Assembly (NCBI GenBank): GCA_963662465.1
Contig: OY759599.1
Location: forward strand, 6,464,001-6,528,000
DNA length: 64,000 bases
Reading direction: 5' to 3'
From: Desulfatiglandales bacterium
GTDB taxonomy: Bacteria; Desulfobacterota; DSM-4660; Desulfatiglandales; Desulfatiglandaceae
The notes beneath the pieces are model-generated. The model was not told where the DNA came from and did no database searches. It worked only from the letters and a program-made list of their open reading frames with translations. Made by a program: the position numbers and the translations under genes. Positions 26,427-35,841 of the stretch are shown piece after piece. How positions within the stretch are numbered: position 1 is the stretch's first letter; the number at the start of each line of letters is the position of its first letter.

Positions 26427-28135
26427 CGAAAGCCTCCAGTGTGTATCGAAGAGGGAACAAGGAAACCGTTACCTTTCGTCACTTTTGCGTGTTTCGTGGA
26501 CGAAACGCGTCGGTCATTTCCCTATCCCGATATTGAAGCTTAGAACATCCTTTTCTCCCACCCGGTGTTTTCCGGGTGTGCAGAGTTTACCGACTTTTGT
26601 TGCGGGGTCAAATACGACAATGTAGCCCCGGTCCACTCTTTCGGGCTTCAGGTATTTTTCAGTCAACTGTTCCAGGGCCTCGTCGATGGTTCCGGAATAT
26701 CTCTTGATCTTGAGTTCGATAATGTACTTTACCCCCCTGTGAATAAGCAGGATGTCCATAATGCCAAGCCCGGTTTTGCTTTCGTAGAAGAGGTTGCCAT
26801 CCCCTTCCGGCACAAACTGATAAAGCCAGGCCGTGAGTTGGAATTTTCCGGTAATCTCCATGGGATGACGGGTGGAGTAGAACGCGGCGGCTCCGATTCG
26901 GGCGATGTACTTTTCAAAGTCGGCCAGGATTCTTTCCATGTTCAACGTTCCATCGGAGAGATAATAGGGCCTGAATGCCGGCTCGACCCTGTTCGCGATA
27001 TCCCGAAAGAAGGTTTTGGTAAACCGTTTTTTGTAGATGGGGTTGCTGACGCGGAGTTTCTTTCCTTCGGCTTTGATCAGTCCGTGGGTCAAAAGAAGCG
27101 ATTGCTCTTCATCGCCGGGGAGATATTCAATACCGTCAAAGACCACATCCATGAAGGTCTCTTTGTATTGTTTGGCTTTCTCGGTAATGTTGTCGAAATG
27201 GCTGTTTTCCTCGTACAGGAGCGTCTCAAGGGCCTTGTCCACGTCTTCAGCCGTGATGGGCGCCGTAGTTTCGGGCCGTATGTCCATGGTAAGAATCGTC
27301 CCGATTCGGTTCACCAGCCAGGGCTGCCCGGCCGTCTGTTCAAACACCTTTTCCACTGCTTCTTCCGTAAAAGGCTGGTTTGTTTCCCCTGTATACTGGC
27401 CATAGAGATCCCGAACGTTTTTCAAAACAAAGGGCGGCAGTTTCACCTGGTCGGCGATGTTGAACGGCGAAACGCCCCCGACAATCAGTTTGGTGATGTT
27501 CCGAATCCCCACAAGCCCCACGGAATACAGGGCCTTGTCATCGCGTCCTTTGTATTTCTGGTACAGTTCCCGCAGGGTGGTCAGAAAGTTTTCCAGTTCC
27601 GATTGGGGAATGCCGTCGAATTCATCGATGAAGATGATGATTTTCTTGGATTGAATGAGGCGGTTCATGGCCTTGAAAAAATCATATATCCCGCCATGGT
27701 CGGCAATGTTCGCCGATGTCAGATACGCCTCAACGGCATCCCTTCGGTCGCAATCTATTGATACGAGCCGATCCATCAACTGCTCAAAAAGGGACTCCCG
27801 AATGCGCCCATAAAATGCCGCCGTATTCAGATTTTTCATGAACTGAAAACTGAGCAGAATGGGAATGTAAGTTGGGTCTTTCGCCAGCCTGGAACAAAAA
27901 TCCCTGAAAAACGTGGTCTTGCCGCTTTGCCGGGGGGCGAAGATGGAAAAGTAGCGTCCCATATCCACCATGGTCTTGATGTCCTGCCCTTTCGTATTCA
28001 CCACATGGTCCAGATCTACGTGATAAGCGCTGCCCGAATCCACCATGCCGGCATCTTCAAAGAACCTTTCAGGTTTTTTATATTGGGTCATTGGAAATCT
28101 CCAGTGTGTATTGAAGAGGGAACAAGGAAACCGTT
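24856..28135. repeat. Tandem duplication with a 1665-bp period (24856-26470 and 26521-28135)
   Basis: Near-identical DNA, including a 37-bp upstream leader (ctccagtgtgtatYgaagagggaacaaggaaaccgtt at 26434 and 28099). Confidence 0.95.
26514..28091 (-). CDS. AAA-like ATPase with a C-terminal PD-(D/E)xK-like domain, copy B (525 aa)
   Basis: Same motifs as copy A; start at MTQYKK by alignment with copy A. Confidence 0.85.
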   Translation of the reverse strand: MTQYKKPERFFEDAGMVDSGSAYHVDLDHVVNTKGQDIKTMVDMGRYFSIFAPRQSGKTTFFRDFCSRLAKDPTYIPILLSFQFMKNLNTAAFYGRIRESLFEQLMDRLVSIDCDRRDAVEAYLTSANIADHGGIYDFFKAMNRLIQSKKIIIFIDEFDGIPQSELENFLTTLRELYQKYKGRDDKALYSVGLVGIRNITKLIVGGVSPFNIADQVKLPPFVLKNVRDLYGQYTGETNQPFTEEAVEKVFEQTAGQPWLVNRIGTILTMDIRPETTAPITAEDVDKALETLLYEENSHFDNITEKAKQYKETFMDVVFDGIEYLPGDEEQSLLLTHGLIKAEGKKLRVSNPIYKKRFTKTFFRDIANRVEPAFRPYYLSDGTLNMERILADFEKYIARIGAAAFYSTRHPMEITGKFQLTAWLYQFVPEGDGNLFYESKTGLGIMDILLIHRGVKYIIELKIKRYSGTIDEALEQLTEKYLKPERVDRGYIVVFDPATKVGKLCTPGKHRVGEKDVLSFNIGIGK

Positions 28136-28433
28136 CAGCCAATGCGCTTGAGGTAATGCGCTTGACCCTGGGAGGCCGAATATTCGATATTACACCTGCT
28201 TCATGTCAATGTGCAAGATACAAATTTGATGCACACGCAAGAAGTCAAGCATCTCTCGTTATATAACCATAATCGTTCCGCCACCTGGACGGCGGGCGGT
28301 CGCACGATTGCGTTAATTTGGAAGTCGGCGCGCCTGTCCATGAGATAGCGCTGTTTTTGGGGAGAATTGACAGCCGGATTTGCTCACCGGGGTTGTTGTT
28401 GACAGGGTGTGCGGGGATTGTTAGGATACTTTT

Positions 28434-28454
28434 TTTTAAGTTTTAAGTTTTAGG
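28434..28454. repeat. (TTTTARG)3 heptamer array upstream of gspF
   Basis: ttttaag ttttaag ttttagg; the same family occurs inverted at 62590-62610. Confidence 0.55.
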
Positions 28455-28522
28455 TTAATGTGCGAAAATCCAGACCGCATATGTTCCCTGGGTGTACGTT
28501 TTGAGCCGGAGCGAAGTAAAAA

Positions 28523-29749
28523 ATGCCCGTTTATGAATACCGGGCCCTTGATGGGGCCGGCAAAAGCAGAGACGGGATTATGGATGCCGACAGCCCCATC
28601 GCGGCAAGGCAGAAACTGAGGGAAACGGGTCTTTTTCCGGTCAGCGTTAAGGAATCCGCTTCCTCGGCCAAAGGGTCCTCTTCAACCCAAACAGTCCGAT
28701 GGTCGTTTCTTAACCGGGTTAAACTGACGGAGCTGTCTGTTGCGACACGTCAGCTGGCGATCCTCCTGGGCGCCGGAATTACCCTGGTCGCGTGTCTTGA
28801 AGCCATGTTGCTACAGGTTTCCAATCCGGCATTCAAGCGTGTGTTGGCCCAGATTAAAGAATCGGTGAATGAAGGCAATAGCCTGGCCCATTCCCTTGCC
28901 AATCACCCAAAGGTCTTTTCCAATGTCTATATCAATATGGTTCGGGCCGGGGAGGCATCAGGCTCCCTTGAGCCGGTGCTGCACAGACTGGCCGATTTGA
29001 GCGAGCAGGAGCAGGCCTTGAAGGGGCGAGTGAAGGCGGCCATGGCATATCCGGTCCTCATGTTCGTTGTGGGGGTGGTGGTGGTTTTTTTTCTGGTGGC
29101 CTTTGTGGTGCCCAATGTCACCCGGATTTTCCATGAGATGCATCAGGTGCTCCCGCTGCCGACCCTTATCCTTATCGGGATAAGCGATTTTCTCATGCGG
29201 TTCTGGTGGCTGGTGCTGGCCATGGTGGCGGGCCTCGCGGTTTTGCTCTGGCGGTTAAAAAACACCCAACGGGGGCGTTTTGCCTGGGATCGGCTGAAAC
29301 TTTCCATCCCCCTTGTGGGCGCCTTTAATATTAAGACGGCGGCGGCGCGCTTTGCGCGAACCCTGGGGAGCCTTATTCAAAATGGCGTCCCGCTCCTGAC
29401 TGCGCTGAATATTGTCAAAAATGTGGTGGGAAATATCCTTTTTGCCGAAGTCATCGATGCTGCCATGGGTGCGGTTGAGAAGGGAAACGCCCTTGCCGCC
29501 GCCATTTCGGGAAATCGTTGTTTTCCGCCCATTGCGGTGCAGATGATTTCGGCTGGAGAGCAAAGTGGTCAGTTGGAAGAGATGCTGGATAAAATTGCGG
29601 ATATGTATGAAAGGGAAGTGGAATCACAGGTCCTGGCCATGACTGCCATGCTGGAGCCGGTGATGATTTTGTTTATGGGCGTTACCGTTGGCTTTATCGT
29701 TATTTCGATGCTGCTGCCGATCTTCGATTTAAACCAGATGATCCGGTAG
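28523..29749 (+). CDS. gspF: T2SS inner-membrane platform protein F
   Basis: MPVYEYRA, TRQLAILL, AGEASG, AMAYP, GEQSG, LEP. Confidence 0.95.
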   Translation: MPVYEYRALDGAGKSRDGIMDADSPIAARQKLRETGLFPVSVKESASSAKGSSSTQTVRWSFLNRVKLTELSVATRQLAILLGAGITLVACLEAMLLQVSNPAFKRVLAQIKESVNEGNSLAHSLANHPKVFSNVYINMVRAGEASGSLEPVLHRLADLSEQEQALKGRVKAAMAYPVLMFVVGVVVVFFLVAFVVPNVTRIFHEMHQVLPLPTLILIGISDFLMRFWWLVLAMVAGLAVLLWRLKNTQRGRFAWDRLKLSIPLVGAFNIKTAAARFARTLGSLIQNGVPLLTALNIVKNVVGNILFAEVIDAAMGAVEKGNALAAAISGNRCFPPIAVQMISAGEQSGQLEEMLDKIADMYEREVESQVLAMTAMLEPVMILFMGVTVGFIVISMLLPIFDLNQMIR

Positions 29750-29792
29750 TCTGGAGCAAGGGAGCAGGGGCAACTCAGGAAAGGAATCCAAA

Positions 29793-30236
29793 ATGTGTAG
29801 GAAGCGTTTGAGCGTTCGCGGTTTCACATTGATTGAACTGATGGTAGTGATTGTTATCTTAGGAATCCTGGCCGGTTTGATTATTCCTCGGATCATGGGA
29901 AGACCCGAGGAAGCCAGAAGAATGAAAGCCAGGGTGCAGATGGAGAGCATGGAAACCTCTCTCAGGCTCTACAAACTGGACAATGGGGTCTATCCGTCTA
30001 CGGAACAGGGCTTGCAGGCCCTTGTGGAGGCGCCGACCGCGGGGGAACTGCCCAGGGCCTGGCGAAAGGGCGGTTATCTTGAAAAGGGAAACGTGCCCAA
30101 GGATCCATGGGGCAATGAATATGTATATCTCAGTCCCGGCCTTCATGGTGATTTTGATCTTTTGAGCTACGGGGCCGATGGGCAGCCCGGGGGAGAAGAC
30201 CAAAATCAGGATGTCAACAGCTGGGACCAGGAATAA
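29793..30236 (+). CDS. gspG: T2SS major pseudopilin G
   Basis: GFTLIELMVV, YKLDNG.YPSTEQGL.AL, DPWG, SYGADG. Confidence 0.96.
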   Translation: MCRKRLSVRGFTLIELMVVIVILGILAGLIIPRIMGRPEEARRMKARVQMESMETSLRLYKLDNGVYPSTEQGLQALVEAPTAGELPRAWRKGGYLEKGNVPKDPWGNEYVYLSPGLHGDFDLLSYGADGQPGGEDQNQDVNSWDQE

Positions 30237-30265
30237 CCACGGGAACCGGAGGGCGCTGCGGAATC

Positions 30266-30772
30266 TTGGCCCGGAACCATAAAGGCTTTACTCTGATTGA
30301 GTTGGTGGTGGTGATGAGCCTCATCGTCATGATGATCGGATTGACCATGCCCAAAATTCGAACCACCTTGTTGAGCGATGGGTTGAAACGCACCTCCCTG
30401 CGTATGATGGGGCTGGCATCCAATTTGAGAGACGAGGCGGTGCGTGAACAAAGGACCTATGCCCTTCATCTGGATATGGCGCGCCGGCAATACTGGATCG
30501 GGTTTGCCCACATGACCGAAGAAGAACAGGCCCTTGCGAGAGAAAATGCCGAGAAATTGCCTTCGGATATTCAAATCCTGGACGTATGGTTCAAGGAGGG
30601 GGGCAAGGTGACCGAGGGTGAAGCCGCCATCCTGTTCTTCAAACAAGGGTATGTTCAGCCGGCGGCCATTCACCTGGGCGCGGATGACGGCAGGCGATTC
30701 ACCATTGTGTTGAGTCCTTTCGTGGGAAAGGTTAAAGTGCTGGAAAAGTACGTTGATTTCGAGAATGCGTAA
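30266..30772 (+). CDS. gspH: T2SS minor pseudopilin H
   Basis: GFTLIEL prepilin motif; position after gspG. Confidence 0.8.
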   Translation: MARNHKGFTLIELVVVMSLIVMMIGLTMPKIRTTLLSDGLKRTSLRMMGLASNLRDEAVREQRTYALHLDMARRQYWIGFAHMTEEEQALARENAEKLPSDIQILDVWFKEGGKVTEGEAAILFFKQGYVQPAAIHLGADDGRRFTIVLSPFVGKVKVLEKYVDFENA

Positions 30773-31172
30773 GAAGCCCGACGGGTTTACCCTTCTGGAG
30801 GTCATGATCGCCGTTGCGGTGCTGGCGATTGCCCTGGTGGCCGTGCTGGGGCTCCAGTCCCGGACCCTGACCCTGGCCGCGGAATCCCGGTTCCATACTA
30901 CGGCCGCCCTGCTGGCGCAGGGGAAAATGGCTGAGATGGCGGTGGCCGATTTAAAGGCTTTGTCCTCGGATTCAGGTGATTTCGGCGATGAATTCTTAGG
31001 GTACGCCTGGCGCCTGTCCGTTCAGGATGCCGACTTGCCGGGCCTTGAAAAGGTCAAAGGCCGGCTCAAATGCATTGACCTGGAAGTGACCTGTGGCGAG
31101 GGGGATATCTATCGATATGATCTCAGGCTGTACCGGTTTTTTCCGGTGGAAGCTGTGACAAGTGAAAAGTGA
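30765..31172 (+). CDS. gspI: T2SS minor pseudopilin I
   Basis: GFTLLEVMIA, AALLAQGKM; the stop codon lies inside a heptamer array. Confidence 0.82.
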   Translation: MRKKPDGFTLLEVMIAVAVLAIALVAVLGLQSRTLTLAAESRFHTTAALLAQGKMAEMAVADLKALSSDSGDFGDEFLGYAWRLSVQDADLPGLEKVKGRLKCIDLEVTCGEGDIYRYDLRLYRFFPVEAVTSEK

Positions 31173-31209
31173 AGAGTGAAGAGTGAAAAGTGAAGAGTGA
31201 AGAGTGAAA
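31161..31209. repeat. (AGTGAAR)7 array at the gspI/gspJ junction
   Basis: Seven consecutive units; gspI TGA in unit 2, gspJ GTG in unit 7. Confidence 0.95.
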
Positions 31210-31884
31210 AGTACCGAAGACAGGGGGTTTACGCTGCTTGAGATTCTGTTGGCGATTTTCATGCTGACCGTTGTGGTGTCGACGGTTTTCGGTGCTTTTT
31301 CAGGAACTTTCAAGGTCGTGAACGAAACGGAATCCCAAGGGGAAATTTATGCCATGGCACGGGTAGCGCTGGAAAGGATTTCCGAAGATCTGGCATCGGT
31401 CTATGGGGGTGATTCGTCGAAAACGCCGGCATCTGAAGCGGTCGCCCCACAACAACGGTTTCTTTTTGTGGGAGAAAACCATACCGTGGATGGGCAGAGC
31501 GCCGATACCCTCCGGTTTATGTCCTATGCGCATGTGTCTTTCAAGGCCGGTCGGCAGGACGAGGGGCCGGCGGAGATTGTTTATTACCTGCAGCGCAATG
31601 AAGATACGGGGGAACAGGCCCTGTACCGCTCCGATACCCTGGATTATCTGGAAGCACCGGAAAACGGACAGGGAGGGTTCCTGCTCTGTGATCGTCTCAA
31701 ATGGGTCGATTTTATCTATTATGACGGCAACGGCGAGGCCCGCAATGCCTGGGACACCACGGAGAACACCGGAAAAGAGGCACTCCCTTCACGGGTTGAG
31801 ATCTCCATGGGATTTGAAAATGCCCTTGACCCGGAAAACCCGCTGCAATTCATGACCGGCGTGGCGTTGCCGCCGGTTGAATGA
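31204..31884 (+). CDS. gspJ: T2SS minor pseudopilin J
   Basis: GFTLLEILLA, C-terminal W...LPSRVEI. Confidence 0.82.
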   Translation: MKSTEDRGFTLLEILLAIFMLTVVVSTVFGAFSGTFKVVNETESQGEIYAMARVALERISEDLASVYGGDSSKTPASEAVAPQQRFLFVGENHTVDGQSADTLRFMSYAHVSFKAGRQDEGPAEIVYYLQRNEDTGEQALYRSDTLDYLEAPENGQGGFLLCDRLKWVDFIYYDGNGEARNAWDTTENTGKEALPSRVEISMGFENALDPENPLQFMTGVALPPVE

Positions 31885-32915
31885 GGACGGGTTGCGCGAT
31901 GCCTGGGATTTGCTTGAAACCATGTCCGACGTTTGGGAACCGACAGGGGTTTGCGTTGATCCTGACCCTCCTCATGATCAGCATGATGGTGGTAACGACC
32001 CTTCAGTTTAATCGTTCGGTGTGGTCTGAGCTCTATGGGGCTTCAAACCTCAAGGAGGTCGCTCGACTTCGCCTGGTGGCCCGTTCAGGGGTTGAATGCG
32101 CCATGGCCGTGCTTTCAGAAGACGGAAAGCAGAATAATGTGGATACCCTTCGGGAACCCTGGGCCCAATCCAGGTCACTGTCCCTGCAATCGGCCGCCCT
32201 GTTTGAAGAAGGACATTTTATGGTGGATATTTCGGACCTCTCTGGAAAGATTCAAATCAATCCATTGCTTGATGAGAAGGGAAACTGGCGCCCGGCTCAA
32301 AGAGATCTGTTTCAGCGGTTTCTCCTTTCAGAACCTTTTGGTCTTGAATCGGATGAGGTTGAAGACCTGATGGATTTTATCAAAGACTGGCTTGACCGGG
32401 ATGACGCCGTAACCCGTTTCGGCGCCGAATCCGGCTATTATCAGAGCCTGGAGACGCCTTATGCCTGCAATAATGGCCCTGTAACGTCGTTGGGCCGCTT
32501 GACCCTGATCAAGGGTATGACGGAAGAACTGCTTTACGGCACCACTGAAAAACGGGGAATTCTGCCCTATCTCAGTGTTCATGGGGACGGTAAAATCAAC
32601 ATCAATACGGCGGGGCCTGTGGTCCTGCAATCCCTTTCAGGGGAATTGAATGAGGATATGGTCCGAGACATGATCGCTTATCGGGAGGATCCCACAAATG
32701 ATCTGGCTGAACCCACATGGTATCAAAAGGTGCCGGGGATGAGCCACATTGTTTTTGACGCAGATTTGGCGACCACCGAAAGCCATTATTTTGACATCCG
32801 GTCAACGGGCGTTCTGGGGGCCATGGAACAGCATCTCAGCGTGTCGGTATTTCGGGAGGCGGGAAAGCCCATTTCAATTCTGCAATGGAAAGCCGGCTCG
32901 GAGGATCCGAAATAA
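31881..32915 (+). CDS. gspK: T2SS minor pseudopilin K
   Basis: GFALILTL (no E5), GKIQIN, DWLDRDD, GAESGYY, ININTA. Confidence 0.9.
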   Translation: MRTGCAMPGICLKPCPTFGNRQGFALILTLLMISMMVVTTLQFNRSVWSELYGASNLKEVARLRLVARSGVECAMAVLSEDGKQNNVDTLREPWAQSRSLSLQSAALFEEGHFMVDISDLSGKIQINPLLDEKGNWRPAQRDLFQRFLLSEPFGLESDEVEDLMDFIKDWLDRDDAVTRFGAESGYYQSLETPYACNNGPVTSLGRLTLIKGMTEELLYGTTEKRGILPYLSVHGDGKININTAGPVVLQSLSGELNEDMVRDMIAYREDPTNDLAEPTWYQKVPGMSHIVFDADLATTESHYFDIRSTGVLGAMEQHLSVSVFREAGKPISILQWKAGSEDPK

Positions 32916-34363
32916 TGCGTCCGAACGTCACGGGCATCGATATCAACGACGATTTTTTGACCGCTGTTCAGGTCATTAAGGGGTTCGGTGGGTGGGAACT
33001 CACGGCCTGCGCCCGGATTCAACTGGAAGAGGATGACGGCCTGACCTCGGCGCTTAAGTCTCTCTCCGAATCCATGAACCTGAAGGGGGGAGAATGTATT
33101 GTTTCCATTTCGGGGGCTGGAACATTTTATCGAAATCTGGTGGTTCCCTTCAAGGACAAAAAGAAACAGCGGGAAGTTCTCCCCTTTGAATTGGAACCCT
33201 GCGTCCCCTTTCCCATAGATGACCTGGTGGTTGATTTTTTTTCCACGAATCGGTCCAATAAACCGGAACTTCTGGCGGTTTTTGCCGAGAAGCGGGTGAT
33301 CGGAGCGTTGCTGGACACCTTTCAGGAACAGGGCATCGATCCTGAATTTCTGTGCGTTCGGTGTGTTCCCATGGTCCTATGGCTGCTAAGCCGTGCGGGG
33401 GCGCCGAACAGCGGTATTCTGTTGGACCTGGGAGAAAAAAGAGCGACCATGGTGTTGTGGGAAAACCAACAGATTGTATTGATACGCAGTTTTGTCCATG
33501 GTCTTGATCTCATGCGTTCTCCTGAACCTGCGTCTGGGTGCCAGGCCCTTTTGGATACCGTACGCCATACGATCCATGCCTTCGGTGTCGGGCGAAATGG
33601 GGTCGTGTCTCCCGAAAAGGCGTTCCTGACGGGAGCGGGCGCGACATTGACGGCGGTATCGCAGTTTGTAACGGGGATTCTGGGGGTTCCGACCGAAAGG
33701 CTTGATTTGTGCGAAGATACGCGGGTGCAACTGGGGGAGCATGCGGCGCCGGGGTGGAATCCTTCCCTCATGGACGGCGCCCTTTCCCTGGCATTGGCGA
33801 ATTCCGTAAAGGGATTGGGGCTAAATCTCAGGAGAAATGAATTTGAGATCAAAAAACGATCGCTTTATCGTTCAAAATGGTTTCGAAAAGCAGGGGCCTG
33901 GGCTTTGGTGATCGTTGCGCTCTGGACCGTTGATATGGGGGCGGAGGCCTACCTGCTGAAACAGCGCCTGGCGGTCCTTGACGGACGGATTCTGGCGGTG
34001 TTCAAAAAAACATTTCCCCATGTCTCCCGCATCGTGGACCCCGTCAAACAGGCGCAGATAGAAGTCAATGAGCTGAAACGCACCTCTGCTCCGGGCCAGG
34101 TAGCCGGGATGAGGGGCAAGGCCCTTGATTTGTTGCTGGAAATTTCCGAGCGTCTTCCCGATTCCATGGATTTGCGGGTGTCGCGCCTGGTACTCGATCC
34201 CCTTTCCGTAAGAATCAAAGGCGATACGGATACCTATAATACGGTGGACAGGGTGAAGCAGGGCCTTGAGAAATCTTCCCTTTTCAAAACAACGACCATT
34301 AGTTCCGCCAACCTGGATCGGGGAAAAAACAGGGTTTTGTTTGAAATTAATCTGGGTCGATAA
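32915..34363 (+). CDS. gspL: T2SS protein L (PilM-like cytoplasmic domain, TM helix, PilN-like domain)
   Basis: GIDI start motif, actin-like fold motifs, LNLRR, TM helix; TAATG coupling with gspK. Confidence 0.82.
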   Translation: MRPNVTGIDINDDFLTAVQVIKGFGGWELTACARIQLEEDDGLTSALKSLSESMNLKGGECIVSISGAGTFYRNLVVPFKDKKKQREVLPFELEPCVPFPIDDLVVDFFSTNRSNKPELLAVFAEKRVIGALLDTFQEQGIDPEFLCVRCVPMVLWLLSRAGAPNSGILLDLGEKRATMVLWENQQIVLIRSFVHGLDLMRSPEPASGCQALLDTVRHTIHAFGVGRNGVVSPEKAFLTGAGATLTAVSQFVTGILGVPTERLDLCEDTRVQLGEHAAPGWNPSLMDGALSLALANSVKGLGLNLRRNEFEIKKRSLYRSKWFRKAGAWALVIVALWTVDMGAEAYLLKQRLAVLDGRILAVFKKTFPHVSRIVDPVKQAQIEVNELKRTSAPGQVAGMRGKALDLLLEISERLPDSMDLRVSRLVLDPLSVRIKGDTDTYNTVDRVKQGLEKSSLFKTTTISSANLDRGKNRVLFEINLGR

Positions 34364-34366
34364 ATA

Positions 34367-34888
34367 ATGCAGTTAGGAAAACGGGAAAAATTTTCTTTGT
34401 GGCTGGCAGCTTTTGCGCTGACAGTTTTCTGTCTTCTTCAGTTTGTTGTCTTTCCCATGGCGGAAAATCGTAAACGTCTGAGACGGAGCATCCTGGCCAA
34501 AGAGACCGGTTTGAAGGAAATGGTTCGGCTGTCCGGAGAATATGCGGCCCTGGGACGACAATCACAGACCGTGGAAAGCGTTATTAAGGGGCGGACACCC
34601 GGTTTTACCCTTTTCTCTTTTCTTGAAAAAGCCGCGGGAGAGGCCGGCGTCAAACGCCATATTAAATATATGAAACCCTCTTCTTCAAAGGGTGAAGGTC
34701 CGTGGAAGGAAGCAATGGTGGAGATGAAACTGGATAAAATATCCCTGAAACGGCTCATGGAGTACCTGTATCTTATTGAATTGTCTAACAAAGCGATAGA
34801 TGTCAAACGGTGCGCCGTAACCGAAAACAAAGGATTGACCGGCGCACTGGATGTGGTTTTGCAGGTGGTTGCCTTTGAGTCGCCTTGA
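34367..34888 (+). CDS. gspM: T2SS protein M
   Basis: L.KREK plus an N-terminal TM helix and coiled coil; synteny. Confidence 0.8.
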   Translation: MQLGKREKFSLWLAAFALTVFCLLQFVVFPMAENRKRLRRSILAKETGLKEMVRLSGEYAALGRQSQTVESVIKGRTPGFTLFSFLEKAAGEAGVKRHIKYMKPSSSKGEGPWKEAMVEMKLDKISLKRLMEYLYLIELSNKAIDVKRCAVTENKGLTGALDVVLQVVAFESP

Positions 34889-34890
34889 GA

Positions 34891-34925
34891 AGTGAAAAGT
34901 GAAAAGTGAAGAGTGAAGAGTGAAG
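34891..34925. repeat. (AGTGAAR)5 array at the gspM/gspN junction
   Basis: gspM TGA in register in a degenerate preceding unit; gspN GTG in unit 5. Confidence 0.93.
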
Positions 34926-35798
34926 AAGCGTTTTAAATTTCTGGGTTATGGGCTTTATGCTGTCCTGGTGACGGTGGCCTTGCTCTATTATCGATTTCCA
35001 TCGGATGCGATTAAACAACACCTGATTCAAGTGGTTGGTCGGATGGAACCCGGGGTCATTCTTTCGGCCCGGTCTCTTCATCCGTCGTTTCCGCCGGGAT
35101 TGCAGTTGCTGGAACCTGTTTTTTCCCTGAAAGAACGTCCTGAAACAGCCGTTTTCAAAGCGGAACATCTGTTGGTGAGTCCCGGAATCGGATCGTTGTT
35201 TTGGGGGAGAGTTGCCTGGTTCTTTGACGCCGACGCCTATGGCGGTATTATCAGCGGCCGTATCCAGCTTGGGAAGCGCGGTGAAATGGCCGATCTTTCC
35301 GTGTCCCTTAAGGATGTTCGCATTCATGAATATGGGTTTCCGCCCGACTTGGGCATTGGCGATTTGACGGGAAATCTCAAGGGGGACGTGACCTATAGCG
35401 GACTCATGGACCGGCCCATAACGGGGGTCGGGAACGGAGATATTCTTATTTCAGAAGGGAAAATTGATCTTTTCCACCCGTTTCTGGGTCTTGAAACTAT
35501 CCCTTTTGGAAAATTACGCGCCCAATTGACCCTGAAAAAAGGGATTGTCAATTTGATCTCGATTTCCCTTGATGGAAAAGGATTTCAGGGAACGCTCTCC
35601 GGAACCATCCATCTTAATCGGATGATAGCCCGCAGTCGGCTCAATTTGAAGGGGACCATCGAACCGTTTGCGGCTTACCTCGGGACCTTGAAAGGGGGCC
35701 CGGCACTGCTGAGCCTTTTTCAGGGGGGACGAAACGACCTGAAACGTTCCTTCGTCATTCAGGGTACCTTTATGTCGCCGAAATTTCGGTTTACATAG
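34920..35798 (+). CDS. gspN: T2SS protein N
   Basis: N-terminal TM helix with YYRFP, beta-rich body, GTFMSP end; synteny. Confidence 0.78.
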   Translation: MKKRFKFLGYGLYAVLVTVALLYYRFPSDAIKQHLIQVVGRMEPGVILSARSLHPSFPPGLQLLEPVFSLKERPETAVFKAEHLLVSPGIGSLFWGRVAWFFDADAYGGIISGRIQLGKRGEMADLSVSLKDVRIHEYGFPPDLGIGDLTGNLKGDVTYSGLMDRPITGVGNGDILISEGKIDLFHPFLGLETIPFGKLRAQLTLKKGIVNLISISLDGKGFQGTLSGTIHLNRMIARSRLNLKGTIEPFAAYLGTLKGGPALLSLFQGGRNDLKRSFVIQGTFMSPKFRFT

Positions 35799-35827
35799 GC
35801 AATAGGCGATAGGGCCCATCGCCCATT
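35795..35827. repeat. (ATAGGCR) heptamer mini-array with an inverted partner at the gspN/gspC junction
   Basis: ataggca ataggcg atagg-g-cccatcgcccatt; contains the gspN TAG. Confidence 0.6.
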
Positions 35828-35841
35828 TTTAATAGGAACTT

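Noticed and set aside
24900..27761. Long plus-strand ORFs (319 and 398 aa) opposite the ATPase genes
   Set aside because: They are antisense shadows with no motifs, duplicated only because the sense genes are.
24849..28135. Diversity-generating retroelement as the source of the ATPase variation
   Set aside because: There is no reverse transcriptase in the window, the differences are not adenine-specific, and the variable blocks are internal in two full-length genes.
28141..28165. Direct repeat AATGCGCTTGA x2 just beyond the duplication boundary
   Set aside because: Only two 11-bp copies; it could be an operator or a scar but cannot be supported from sequence alone.
29753..29773. GGAGCA repeats between gspF and gspG as another heptamer family
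   Set aside because: Only two or three degenerate units with irregular period; too weak to call.
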